Shown in pieces: positions 15,992-25,092 of a stretch of 51,070 nucleotides of DNA. Under the pieces are notes generated by a model. The model did no database searches. It saw only the letters and a program-made list of their open reading frames with translations, and was not told where the DNA came from. The translations under genes were made by a program, and so were the position numbers. The stretch is from contig CAYNFU010000003.1 of the NCBI GenBank assembly GCA_964396785.1, forward strand, positions 1 to 51,070, in the 5' to 3' direction. This DNA is from an uncultured Gammaproteobacteria bacterium. Lineage in GTDB: Bacteria; Patescibacteriota; Microgenomatia; UBA8517. Numbering within the stretch: the stretch's first letter is position 1; each line of letters begins with the position of its first letter.

Positions 15992-16447
15992 ATGTTTAGA
16001 GAAGAGTCGCCAAGGCGGTTTCTCGAACTCTTAACCGATATCTCAAGGATGACTTTAAATGGCGACGGTAATATACAACCACCAGATCATGAGGCGGATA
16101 AGGGAGGTGTTCTTGGTTTGATAGTTGTAGGTTCATGTACTGAATTAAGATCCAAACCAAAAGATCTAGATGTTGTAGCAGTAGTTTCGCGTAGAGTTAA
16201 CCCATCGGTTGAAAGGTATGTTGAAGAACTTTCAATGCGTTTTGATTTAGAGTATTCAAGAATGGTAGGTCAAATTAGACTTGGTGTATTTGATAGAGGC
16301 CGAGGATTCATAACAAGTAACCCCGTCACTGGTCACCAGTTTGTAATAGATGAATTAAAGAGAACTCCGGGTAGAATGATTTTCGCCTTTAACAGAAAGG
16401 GTGCTTTTGAGATTCGCCAGAGTATTGAAGAACTATTGGCGGGGTAA
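15992..16447 (+). CDS. Minimal nucleotidyltransferase-fold (Pol-beta/MNT-like) protein
   Basis: VVGSCTELRSKPKDLDVVAVV fits the hG[GS]-x9-13-DhD NTase signature. The ORF opens at TTG 15980 and the first ATG is at 15992. TTGATT-N17-TAATAT lies upstream at about 15934-15962. It is the only plus-strand gene within 34 kb of minus-strand genes. Confidence 0.55.
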   Translation: MFREESPRRFLELLTDISRMTLNGDGNIQPPDHEADKGGVLGLIVVGSCTELRSKPKDLDVVAVVSRRVNPSVERYVEELSMRFDLEYSRMVGQIRLGVFDRGRGFITSNPVTGHQFVIDELKRTPGRMIFAFNRKGAFEIRQSIEELLAG

Positions 16448-16483
16448 ATTATACCTGTCTTGAGTTTCAATCTTCCTAATCTT

Positions 16484-16738
16484 TTAAATTTTAGGCGGCT
16501 CCGAGGAAGAACCATGTGTCTGGAGATTTTTATTCTTTTTTAGAAGTTCCAAAACGCTCGTTATTTTATCCGGTCGAATAAGTCCCCCTCCCAAAATCGC
16601 ATCCTCCAAAATACTATTTAGCCTTTTAATTGATTTTCTTAAGTCAACTATTACCAAAAATACTTGAATGCCAACGATAACCAAAAGAATAGTTAAGGAA
16701 ATTACTACGACGATTAAAAGGGTTTGAACTCCGTCCAT
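16484..16738 (-). CDS. Small membrane protein (84 aa; one N-terminal TM helix followed by a helical tail)
   Basis: LLIVVVISLTILLVIVGIQVFLVIV TM segment. Lies 5 nt downstream of the rodZ-like gene. Confidence 0.55.
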   Translation of the reverse strand: MDGVQTLLIVVVISLTILLVIVGIQVFLVIVDLRKSIKRLNSILEDAILGGGLIRPDKITSVLELLKKNKNLQTHGSSSEPPKI

Positions 16739-16743
16739 GTTAA

Positions 16744-17367
16744 TTAAAGTTCAGGCTTTATCTTACGATGAACTGTGGTCTCTTTTCCAGCCCTAGATAT
16801 TGCCTGAATGATAACCTCGCTAGTCCCCTCAAAAATTTCTATTTCCGCCTCAAATTCTCCCTCGTCGCTAACCAAAGCTTGTTGGTTGTTAACTTTGACG
16901 GTGGCATCTGATGAAGTTTTTCCCAATACGCTAAGACTCCTCTCCTTTACCACCTCTCCTTCTCTCGGCCGCTCAACGGAAAGTGGGGGAGGTGAAACAA
17001 AGCGAACGTATTGAAAACCAAGATAACCCAAAACCAAAGCAATAACTAAAGCTGCCCCAACCAAAAACGTAAGTCTCGGCGACCATACAAACTTATCCGA
17101 TACATCTGGTTTAGGATTAATATGTAGTTTCTGGGGTGGATAGTCTCGCCTAAGAAGTGCAACAGTACTTCTCTCCTCAATATCCAAAATTTTTGAGACG
17201 CTTTTTACAAACCCTGTTACAACCGTAAAATCCGGGAGACTCGTCCAGTCCTCATTTTCTATTCTTTCAATAAAATCTTTCTTTATTTTGGTAAGTTGGG
17301 CAAGATACTCCAAAGAATACCTTTTTCTCCCTCTTGCCTCCTTAAGCAAAACTCCAATTGTCCTCAT
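16744..17367 (-). CDS. RodZ-like protein: XRE-type HTH, TM helix and extracytoplasmic domain
   Basis: LKEARGRKRYSLEYLAQLTKIKKDFIERIENEDW is an HTH typical of RodZ. It is followed by a TM helix (LTFLVGAALVIALVLGYLGF) and a beta-rich C-terminus. Confidence 0.7.
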   Translation of the reverse strand: MRTIGVLLKEARGRKRYSLEYLAQLTKIKKDFIERIENEDWTSLPDFTVVTGFVKSVSKILDIEERSTVALLRRDYPPQKLHINPKPDVSDKFVWSPRLTFLVGAALVIALVLGYLGFQYVRFVSPPPLSVERPREGEVVKERSLSVLGKTSSDATVKVNNQQALVSDEGEFEAEIEIFEGTSEVIIQAISRAGKETTVHRKIKPEL

Positions 17368-17373
17368 AATCTA

Positions 17374-19467
17374 TTACGGGGAGCTTGCTTCGCCTTTCTG
17401 AAGATTAGCCAAGAATTCTTCTGCGTCGACAATTAAAACTTCTCTGGGTTTAGATCCTTCGGCTGGGCCAACTACTCCAGCTCCTTCTAATTCATCTATT
17501 ATTCGAGCGGCCCTGGCATAACCAACCGACAACCGGCGCTGAAGAAGTGAGGCAGAGGCCCTCTCGTATCTGACTACTTCGCGAACTGCGTCCATGAATA
17601 GCTTGTCAGGTTCACCCGTTAAACCCGGAACTTGCCCCCTACCACTCTTCGCCATTGAAATAACCTCCTCGGTATACTGGGGGGAAACCCCTTGAGTTTT
17701 AAGGAAGGAGACAAGCGCCGATATCTCCTTATCAGAAACAAATGCGCCCTGAATTCTAATAGGCTTTGCCTGCTCGGGAGGAAGATATAACATGTCTCCC
17801 CTTCCCAAAAGCTTCTCTGCTCCTTGGGTATCAAGTATTACTCTTGAGTCGACTTGGGAGGCAACCGCAAATGCAATTCTACAGGGGATATTAGCCTTAA
17901 TTAGCCCGGTTATAACGTCTACCGAAGGCCTTTGGGTTGCCAAAATCATGTGAATTCCAGTAGCGCGGCTCATCTGGGCAATTCTGGTTATTGCATCCTC
18001 CACCTCAACCGGAGAAAAAAGCATAATGTCTGCGAGCTCATCGATTACTAAAACTATATAAGGAAGCGCCTGAAAGCCAGACATTTCGTTGTAGCCGTCA
18101 ATATTTCGAGCACCCGCTTGTGCAAATAGTTTATAACGTCTATCCATTTCAGCCAGAATCCATTTTAAGGCCGAAATTACTTTCTCTGGTTCAACAATTA
18201 CCGGGGTCAAAAGATGGGGAATTTCGTTGTAGTGGGTAAGCTCTACCCTTTTGGGGTCAACCAAAATAAGTTTTACCTCAGAAGGAGCCGCGCGAAATAG
18301 TACGGTTCCCAAAAATGCATTGATACTAACGCTTTTTCCAGAACCAGTTTGTCCGGCGATAAGGACGTGCGGCATTCGTCCCACCTCGGTTACAATCGGC
18401 TTTCCCGATACATCGAGTCCCAAAGCAACAGCCAATTTTGAGCGATTTGCCCGCAGGGCATCCGACTCCATCATCTTTCTTAAAGGAACAAACTCCGGAC
18501 TTCTGTTTGGAAGTTCTATTCCAACCAAGCTCCTCCCCGGGATAGGCGCTTCAATTCTAATTGTTCCGGTTGGAGCTGCTAAGGCGAGGGCCAAATCTCG
18601 CTCGAGTGCCGTAATTTTTGAAAGCTTTGTTCCCAAGGCTACCTCGAGTGCATACTGGGTAACTGCTGGGCCGAGGTTGACCTCGACCACCTTGGCTCTT
18701 ATTCCAAAAGACTCCAGTGTCTCCTCGATTGTCGCTGCATTACCTTTGATGTCGCCCCTATCGGCCTTACCCGTTTCTACATCAGAAAGAAGACTCAGTG
18801 GTGGATATTTCCAAACCATTTCCTCTCCGCGGACATTGCTGACAAGTTTTTGTTCAAGCTCCTCACGCGGCTCGACCGATGCTCTCGGTGAGATGGCGGT
18901 AGATACATTTATACCTCCTCCAGAAACTTTTAACGAGCGACCAGCGAGTCCTTTGTCAAACCCTCTCTCCCCATAAATAAAGCGTCTTACTGTTTTTATT
19001 AAACTTGCAACTAAAACAAATACTTGGTCAAGCGAGGTATTAAACAGAATGATGAGCCCCGTAAGGCTCGTCCCTAGTAAAACAATGAAGGCCCCGACCG
19101 AGGTTATTAAAGAAGAAACACCGTCCCAAGCAAGCCTTCCTACACTCCCTGCTCTCCCCAGGGTGGCAATCGAGATAAAAAAAAGAAGCGACCCGACCAA
19201 AACATTGGGTTGGCTCAAGAAAAATTTCATTTTTGAGAGCAAGAAAGCAAATGAAAGAAAAATAAAGGGTAAAAATGCGGCTGCCCAGGAAAACGAATCT
19301 GTAAGTAAGTCATTTAATTTTACAAGAATTAATCCCCTTCGGGTAAAAGAGACGAGTACCAAGCCCGCCAGAGCAAAGAAAACAATTTGGGAAATGGAAA
19401 AAATCGTTGCCCTTTTAAGCCTTAAGTTAAATTTTCTTTTTGGAACTCTATGGTGCTTCTTGGCCAT
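17374..19467 (-). CDS. ftsK: DNA translocase FtsK/SpoIIIE
   Basis: N-terminal multi-TM region, Walker A GQTGSGKSV, VLVIDELADIM, a RATGIHMILATQRPS motor, and a C-terminal winged-helix gamma domain (LLQRRLSVGYARAARIID.LE). Confidence 0.93.
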   Translation of the reverse strand: MAKKHHRVPKRKFNLRLKRATIFSISQIVFFALAGLVLVSFTRRGLILVKLNDLLTDSFSWAAAFLPFIFLSFAFLLSKMKFFLSQPNVLVGSLLFFISIATLGRAGSVGRLAWDGVSSLITSVGAFIVLLGTSLTGLIILFNTSLDQVFVLVASLIKTVRRFIYGERGFDKGLAGRSLKVSGGGINVSTAISPRASVEPREELEQKLVSNVRGEEMVWKYPPLSLLSDVETGKADRGDIKGNAATIEETLESFGIRAKVVEVNLGPAVTQYALEVALGTKLSKITALERDLALALAAPTGTIRIEAPIPGRSLVGIELPNRSPEFVPLRKMMESDALRANRSKLAVALGLDVSGKPIVTEVGRMPHVLIAGQTGSGKSVSINAFLGTVLFRAAPSEVKLILVDPKRVELTHYNEIPHLLTPVIVEPEKVISALKWILAEMDRRYKLFAQAGARNIDGYNEMSGFQALPYIVLVIDELADIMLFSPVEVEDAITRIAQMSRATGIHMILATQRPSVDVITGLIKANIPCRIAFAVASQVDSRVILDTQGAEKLLGRGDMLYLPPEQAKPIRIQGAFVSDKEISALVSFLKTQGVSPQYTEEVISMAKSGRGQVPGLTGEPDKLFMDAVREVVRYERASASLLQRRLSVGYARAARIIDELEGAGVVGPAEGSKPREVLIVDAEEFLANLQKGEASSP

Positions 19468-19473
19468 AACTAC

Positions 19474-19482
19474 ATTATATCA
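19474..19482 (-). promoter_or_regulatory. Extended -10 promoter (TGaTATAAT) 6 nt upstream of the ftsK ATG
   Basis: Minus strand reads gcgcTGaTATAATgtagttATG, located in the 43-nt gap after the RNase J stop. Confidence 0.45.
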
Positions 19483-19510
19483 GCGCGAAATACATAACCC
19501 TAAGGAGTTA

Positions 19511-21163
19511 TCAAATCTCAACAATCAATGGAACTACCATGGGGCGCCGTCCGGTTTTTTCAAAGAAGTATCTTTCAAGAAAATCGACGCAGGCGATCCT
19601 GACTGAGTGGGGATCTACTTTCTCCTTCTTCTCCAAATATGCTTTAAGCTCGCGGGCAGCTTTAATCAAAATTTCTTTATGCTTTGCCTCGTAGACAAAA
19701 CCCCTGCTTATTATTTCCGGAACGTCTACAAGTTTTCTCGCATTCCTGTCAACCTGAAGCATGGCAATCGCTACTCCGTCCTGGGCGAGTATTTGTCTAT
19801 CCCTTAGGACCACGTTTCCCACGTCTCCTATCCCTAACCCGTCTACTAGGACGTCTTTGACGGGAACTCTCCCCCCCTTCTTTGCAATTTTCCCGCTAAA
19901 CTCAACTATTTCTCCTGACAAAAGCTCGAACACATCCTCCTTTTTCGCCCCCATTTTCTGAGCCATTTGCGAATAAGCCCTCATATGCCTGATCGTACCT
20001 CCTATGGGAATATAAAACTTGGGTTTTAGAATTGCGAAGAGCATTTCTATATCATTCTGGCTTCCATGTCCCGAGACGTGCAAATCCTCCTGCATATCAT
20101 AATAATGAACCTCGGCATTTGCTTCGATTAACTTATCTACCAAAAAATCAACGTTAGTCTTTGATCCAGGAGGAGCAGGATCCGAAGAGAAAATTACCAG
20201 ATCGTCAGGGCTAATCTTCAAAAAATCGTGCTCCCCAAGGGCAAGTCTATAAAGAGCACTGCCGGGTTGACCATAACTTCCGGAAATAATATAGAAAATT
20301 TTATCGGCTTGATACTTTGATGCCTCTTTAGGAGAAATTACCTGACCGGCCTCATAATGCAGGTATCCCAAAGACCTGGCAATTTCGGCTTTCTTATCGA
20401 TTGATCTGCCTATTATTACCACTTTCCTACCCAATCTTTTGGCAACATTTATAGCTTGTTGGATTCTTGAAATATTGGAAGAAATTGTGGTAAAGAAGAT
20501 TTGACCCTTCGACCCGGCTACAAGATTTTCTATCTGCTCCTCGATCTGGGCCTCGGACTCGGTATATCCCGGAGAATTGGCCCCCAGACAGTCAGAAACT
20601 ACCGCCAAAGTTCCTTCGGCTGCTAAATTCGCACATTTTGCTATATCGAAGGGCCTAGCATCGACCGGAGTCCAGTCGAATTTATAATCCGCAACATGGA
20701 AGACCTTGCCTTCGGGTGTATCGATTGCAAAACCCACTCCGTCCGGGACCGAATGCGAAACCCTGAAAGGAGTGACTTTGAAACTACCCAAGGTTAGGGT
20801 ATCTCGTTCAGGATCAAAAACATTCACCTTATAACCCTTTAGTCGGTAGTCTTTAAGTTTATCTTCTATAAAACCCGCGACGAGCCGTGTGGCGTAAACT
20901 TGGGTGGAAACGTGAGGGAGAAGGAAGGGTAGTGCTCCCAGGTGGTCCTCGTGTCCATGGGAAATAAGAATTCCCCGAAGTTTGTGTTTGTTTTCTTTAA
21001 CATAACTGAAATCGGGAATGACCAAATCCACTCCGTACATTTCAGCTTCAGGAAATCCCACTCCAGCGTCGACCACAATCATGTCATTTCCGTATTCGTA
21101 AACGTAATGGTTCTGGGTTACACCCGTAGTTCCAGAAAGGGCTATGAATTTTAGACCAGACAT
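19511..21163 (-). CDS. rnj: Ribonuclease J (metallo-beta-lactamase / beta-CASP)
   Basis: ISHGHEDHLGALPFLL (the HxHxDH motif), beta-CASP blocks, HVSGHGSQNDIE, and a 550-aa length. Confidence 0.92.
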   Translation of the reverse strand: MSGLKFIALSGTTGVTQNHYVYEYGNDMIVVDAGVGFPEAEMYGVDLVIPDFSYVKENKHKLRGILISHGHEDHLGALPFLLPHVSTQVYATRLVAGFIEDKLKDYRLKGYKVNVFDPERDTLTLGSFKVTPFRVSHSVPDGVGFAIDTPEGKVFHVADYKFDWTPVDARPFDIAKCANLAAEGTLAVVSDCLGANSPGYTESEAQIEEQIENLVAGSKGQIFFTTISSNISRIQQAINVAKRLGRKVVIIGRSIDKKAEIARSLGYLHYEAGQVISPKEASKYQADKIFYIISGSYGQPGSALYRLALGEHDFLKISPDDLVIFSSDPAPPGSKTNVDFLVDKLIEANAEVHYYDMQEDLHVSGHGSQNDIEMLFAILKPKFYIPIGGTIRHMRAYSQMAQKMGAKKEDVFELLSGEIVEFSGKIAKKGGRVPVKDVLVDGLGIGDVGNVVLRDRQILAQDGVAIAMLQVDRNARKLVDVPEIISRGFVYEAKHKEILIKAARELKAYLEKKEKVDPHSVRIACVDFLERYFFEKTGRRPMVVPLIVEI

Positions 21164-21165
21164 CG

Positions 21166-21732
21166 CTAAATCAGACTCATTTGTTGGCTTTTATTTTCTT
21201 TTTTTAGTTCACTGAAAACTTCCGGTAATTTCATAAAATCTTCTTTTAGCAGTCTTAAAACCTCCCCGCTCCTTAACCCCGCCGCGGGATGAAACATTGG
21301 CACAACGATCAGTTCCTTTCCTTTCCAGTTTATACCGAAGCGCTTTCCATGAACAGCTGTAATTTTTACTCCCGGCAAAAACTTTCCCATCGAAAATCTG
21401 CCCAATGTAACAATCACCATTGGCGAAATTATTTCTATTATAGAATCTAAATACTTCTGGTAAGCTTCTATCTCTTCAGGCTCTGGGTCCCGATTATTTG
21501 GAGGTCTGTGGTGAACAACATTGGTTATATAAACATCTTCCCTCGATAGTTTGATCGATTGAATTAAGGAGTTTAGGAGTTTGCCTGCATTACCCACAAA
21601 AGGCTCCCCTTTCTGGTCCTCCCAATAGCCAGGGCCCTCCCCTATAAAAAGAATTTTAGTGTCGGGGCTTCCTACCCCAAAAACTAAATTTGTAGCGCCT
21701 CGCGTGAAGGGCAGACTCTCGTCTTTAAGCAT
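21166..21732 (-). CDS. Uracil-DNA glycosylase, family-4-like, without cysteines
   Basis: FIGEGPGYWEDQKGEPFVGNAGKLLN and ITNVVHHRPPNNRDP match the family 4 UDG core. The protein contains no Cys. Confidence 0.8.
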   Translation of the reverse strand: MLKDESLPFTRGATNLVFGVGSPDTKILFIGEGPGYWEDQKGEPFVGNAGKLLNSLIQSIKLSREDVYITNVVHHRPPNNRDPEPEEIEAYQKYLDSIIEIISPMVIVTLGRFSMGKFLPGVKITAVHGKRFGINWKGKELIVVPMFHPAAGLRSGEVLRLLKEDFMKLPEVFSELKKENKSQQMSLI

Positions 21733-21779
21733 CTTATCCCTCAGGGATTTTAGTAATTTCTGTTTGTCGAAAGTATTAA

Positions 21780-22826
21780 TTATTGTGGTAAAAACTCTCT
21801 GATGTTTTGTGCGGTTATTTTAAAAGTTTGTCCTTTTCCTTCAACTATGAGTCTTGCAACCTTTCTTACAACCCCTTCAATAGTTCGCTCCAAAGTCCTT
21901 ATCCCTGAATCAAATCCCAAGGGTCTAACAACCATAGGCCAAACATCATTATCAAGGACAATTGTACCCTCGGGCAAACCCGCTTCTTTTAGAACCCTTG
22001 GAAACACATATTGAGAACCAATGGTAATTTTTTCGTTGTCGGAATAAGAAGGCATGCCAATTGGCTCGAGTCTATCTAAAACTGCTGTCGAAATATTTGT
22101 AGTATTATTCGCTGTTGCAATAAAAAGAACTTCTGAAAGATCGAAAGGAAAATCGAGGTAGTGGTCTACAAATTCGTGGTTTTGTTCTGGATCAAGAAGC
22201 TCAACCAAAACTCCCATAATTGAAGATCGGCCGGCTTCAGTCACCCTGTCTATTTCATCAAGAAGTATTATGCAGTTTTTGCTTTGGGCATTTTTGAGTG
22301 ACTTTAAAACTTTTCCTGGCTCAGCCTCTGGGTGCATCCTCGACTGTCCTCTAAGGTCCAGCGGGTCCCCCATGCCCCCAAAAGGAATTCTTGCAAAGTG
22401 TCTCCCCAAGGCTTCGGCAATAGAATAGGCAATAGTCGTTTTTCCCGTTCCAACGAGCCCCACAAAACAAAGAATCGGCGCTCGGAAAACCTCGCTCCCT
22501 TCTCCCTTCTCCTGTTTAAGCTTCATCACGGATATATATTCCAAAATTCTATCTTTTACCTCGACTAAGCCATAGTGGTTTTTGTCCAAGACTTTTTTTG
22601 CTACCTCAAGTTCGAGCAAGTCTTGAGTTCGCTTCTCCCAAGGAAGAGAAGTTACCCAATCAATATATTTACTCATGCGGTCATATTCCGGTAAAAAAGT
22701 AGGGGAATTTGTAAGTTTAGATAACTGGTCGAGTCTAACTAAAATCTCCTCAGCAAGTTTTGGGGGAATAGTTACCGACTTAATCTTTTCTCCCAGCTTT
22801 GAAATTTCTTGGGCAGCAGCATCCAT
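21780..22826 (-). CDS. Lon-type AAA+ ATPase module with no N-domain and no protease domain
   Basis: YIDWVTSLPWEKR, HYGLVEVKDRILEYISV, Walker A GLVGTGKTT, Walker B ILLDEIDR, LDPEQNHEF.DHYLD, ATAN, LDRLE and SGIRTLER are collinear with roughly residues 250-600 of LonA. The ORF ends before any Ser-Lys protease domain. Confidence 0.85.
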   Translation of the reverse strand: MDAAAQEISKLGEKIKSVTIPPKLAEEILVRLDQLSKLTNSPTFLPEYDRMSKYIDWVTSLPWEKRTQDLLELEVAKKVLDKNHYGLVEVKDRILEYISVMKLKQEKGEGSEVFRAPILCFVGLVGTGKTTIAYSIAEALGRHFARIPFGGMGDPLDLRGQSRMHPEAEPGKVLKSLKNAQSKNCIILLDEIDRVTEAGRSSIMGVLVELLDPEQNHEFVDHYLDFPFDLSEVLFIATANNTTNISTAVLDRLEPIGMPSYSDNEKITIGSQYVFPRVLKEAGLPEGTIVLDNDVWPMVVRPLGFDSGIRTLERTIEGVVRKVARLIVEGKGQTFKITAQNIREFLPQ

Positions 22827-22850
22827 ATCTATAAATTTAGCACCAAGTCG

Positions 22851-25082
22851 CTATCTATTGAAGTCTTTCTTATCAGATGTAGTATATCTAGTCGTCGGAA
22901 AGTGGGGACCTCCTCCTTCTCTTTGGTCCCTAAATCGAGGCTTACTATGAAAATCCTGTCGCCCTCTACCACCGCCGCCGAAACCACCACGCTCGCCCTT
23001 AGGTTTATCCTTCGAAGGATCCATGAGCATTGAAAGATTAATGCGTCCCAGGTCGTCAATTTCTTTGACCCTAACTTGGACTTTATCTCCAATTGCAACT
23101 ATTTCATTCGGGTCTTTAACAAATCCCTCACTCATGTCTGATACGTGTACTAATCCATCTTTTCCTGGTAGAACTTCAACAAAAGCTCCGAATGGCTGAA
23201 TTCTTTTTACCTCGCCTTGATAGATTTCTCCTGCGACTACCTCTTTGGTTAGGCCTTCCACGCGCTCAAGAGCCTTTGCAAGGGATTCATCAGTTGTTCC
23301 CGTAACACTAACGCTTCCGTCGTCTTCTACCTCAACTTGTGCACCGGTTTCTGCGATAATTTTTCGAATGGTTTTTCCTCCCGGGCCAATAAGCTCTCCA
23401 ATTTTCTCAACTGGAATCTTAACAACTTTAATCTTTGGAGCATGAGTAGAAACTTTTTCTCTTGGGGAAGCTAAAGTCTCTAACATTGACTTTAATATTG
23501 TTGCCCTACCCTCTTTAGCTTGCGAAAGTGCATCTTTTAAGGTTTTTGTGGTTAAAGTTAATGTCTTAACATCAAGTTGCAGTGCCGTTATTCCCTTTTG
23601 AGTTCCAGCAACTTTAAAGTCCATATCGCCATTAAAATCCTCCATTCCTATGATGTCGGAAAGGATTGCAATTTTTTTGTCCTCAATAACAAGACCCATG
23701 GCAATTCCTGAAACGGGTGCTGTAATTGGAACTCCTGCGTCCATTAGAGATAATGTCGAGCCGCAAACAGAAGCCATGGAAGTCGAACCATTGGAGCCTG
23801 TTACCTCGGATACCACTCTGACCGTATAGGGAAATACCTCTTCTTTAGGGATAACAGGAATAAGGGCTCTTTCGGCGAGTGCTCCGTGACCAATTTCGCG
23901 CCTTGAAGGATATCCAACTCTACCTGTTTCTCCAAGTGAATAGGGCGGCATGGAATAGTGGTGCATATAGCTCTTTGATTCTTCTCCTTCGGCAGATTCT
24001 ATCAATTGCTCGAGTGATGGAGCTCCAAGGGTAGCAACTGTCAAAACTTGCGTTTGGCCTCTAGCAAAAATTGCACTTCCGTGGGTTCTAGGCAAAATGC
24101 CAACGGAGGAGCTTAATTTTCGAATTTCGCTGTGTTTTCTGCCGTCTAGTCTCTTTCCTGAAAGAACCAGTGACCGAACGAAATCTTTTTTCAGCTTTTC
24201 CAAAATGGCTGGAACGAATGCCCTTTCGTCATCGCCTACATTATCGCCAACTGCCAAAATAAGATCTCCAAATTCTCCGGAACTACCGCCTTCATTTTCA
24301 GCCATACCATGAATTATCTTTTCCAATTTTTCGTTAGCTAGTTTTTTAATTTTCGAAACAAGTTTTGCGTCTAGTTTAACTTCTTCGCTTTTTTCTTTCT
24401 CAACTCCAACCTCTTTGGCTAAGGAATCAATCAAGTCTACAATTTTCCCAGCTTCGCCAAGCGCATACTCGAGTCCTCCTAATATCGTTTCTTCGCTAAC
24501 TTCCTTAGCTCCTGCTTCGACCATTAAAATGGATTCTTTTGTCAAAGATACAACTAGGTCTAAATCCGAAACTATCATTTCAGAGTCAAGTGGGTTTGTG
24601 AAGTAAACTCCCTCTTTTTCTCCAACTCGTAGGATTCCCAACGGTCCATACCAAGGAATAGGGGAAATCGCAATTGCGGCGGATGTTGCGATCGCTGCTA
24701 AAATCGCAGGATCATTTTCTAAATCAACCGAAAGGACCGTTATAATGACCTGAACTTCTTTTTTATACGATTCAGGGAAAAGAGGCCGAATACTCCTATC
24801 AATCAATCTTGCAGTCAAAATTTCCTCATCTGATGGTCTTCCTTCTCTTTTTACCCATCTGCTTCCCTTTATCTTTCCTCCGGCATAAAGTCTCTCTTGA
24901 TATTCGACCATCAACGGAAAATAGCCTAGGTCAGCCTTAAGTGGCGCCGCAACTACAGTGGCAAGAACCACAGTTTCGCCATAAGAAGCCATAACGGCAC
25001 CGCTTGCTTGTTGAGCGAGTACTCCAGCCGTGAGGGTTAATTTTCTTCCCCCAAGTTCAATCGACTTTTCTGTCTTTTTCAT
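22851..25082 (-). CDS. pnp: Polyribonucleotide nucleotidyltransferase (PNPase)
   Basis: 743 aa. Two RNase PH domains, a KH domain (GPGGKTIRKI), an S1 domain (GEVKRIQPFGAFVEV), and a Gly/Arg-rich tail. Follows rpsO as in most bacteria. Confidence 0.97.
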   Translation of the reverse strand: MKKTEKSIELGGRKLTLTAGVLAQQASGAVMASYGETVVLATVVAAPLKADLGYFPLMVEYQERLYAGGKIKGSRWVKREGRPSDEEILTARLIDRSIRPLFPESYKKEVQVIITVLSVDLENDPAILAAIATSAAIAISPIPWYGPLGILRVGEKEGVYFTNPLDSEMIVSDLDLVVSLTKESILMVEAGAKEVSEETILGGLEYALGEAGKIVDLIDSLAKEVGVEKEKSEEVKLDAKLVSKIKKLANEKLEKIIHGMAENEGGSSGEFGDLILAVGDNVGDDERAFVPAILEKLKKDFVRSLVLSGKRLDGRKHSEIRKLSSSVGILPRTHGSAIFARGQTQVLTVATLGAPSLEQLIESAEGEESKSYMHHYSMPPYSLGETGRVGYPSRREIGHGALAERALIPVIPKEEVFPYTVRVVSEVTGSNGSTSMASVCGSTLSLMDAGVPITAPVSGIAMGLVIEDKKIAILSDIIGMEDFNGDMDFKVAGTQKGITALQLDVKTLTLTTKTLKDALSQAKEGRATILKSMLETLASPREKVSTHAPKIKVVKIPVEKIGELIGPGGKTIRKIIAETGAQVEVEDDGSVSVTGTTDESLAKALERVEGLTKEVVAGEIYQGEVKRIQPFGAFVEVLPGKDGLVHVSDMSEGFVKDPNEIVAIGDKVQVRVKEIDDLGRINLSMLMDPSKDKPKGERGGFGGGGRGRQDFHSKPRFRDQREGGGPHFPTTRYTTSDKKDFNR

Positions 25083-25092
25083 TAATTTATGG

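Noticed and set aside
21736-21748. Palindrome ATCCCTcAGGGAT between the Lon-like gene and the UDG gene, considered as a terminator.
   Set aside because: It could form only a 5-bp stem with a 3-nt loop. On the transcribed (minus) strand it is not followed by a U-tract, and it sits 4 nt from the udg start codon. The evidence is insufficient for a terminator or an operator.
22829-23098. 89-aa minus-strand ORF overlapping the 3' end of pnp in another frame.
   Set aside because: It is entirely nested in the pnp S1-domain and tail coding region on the same strand but out of frame. It has no independent signals and an unremarkable translation.
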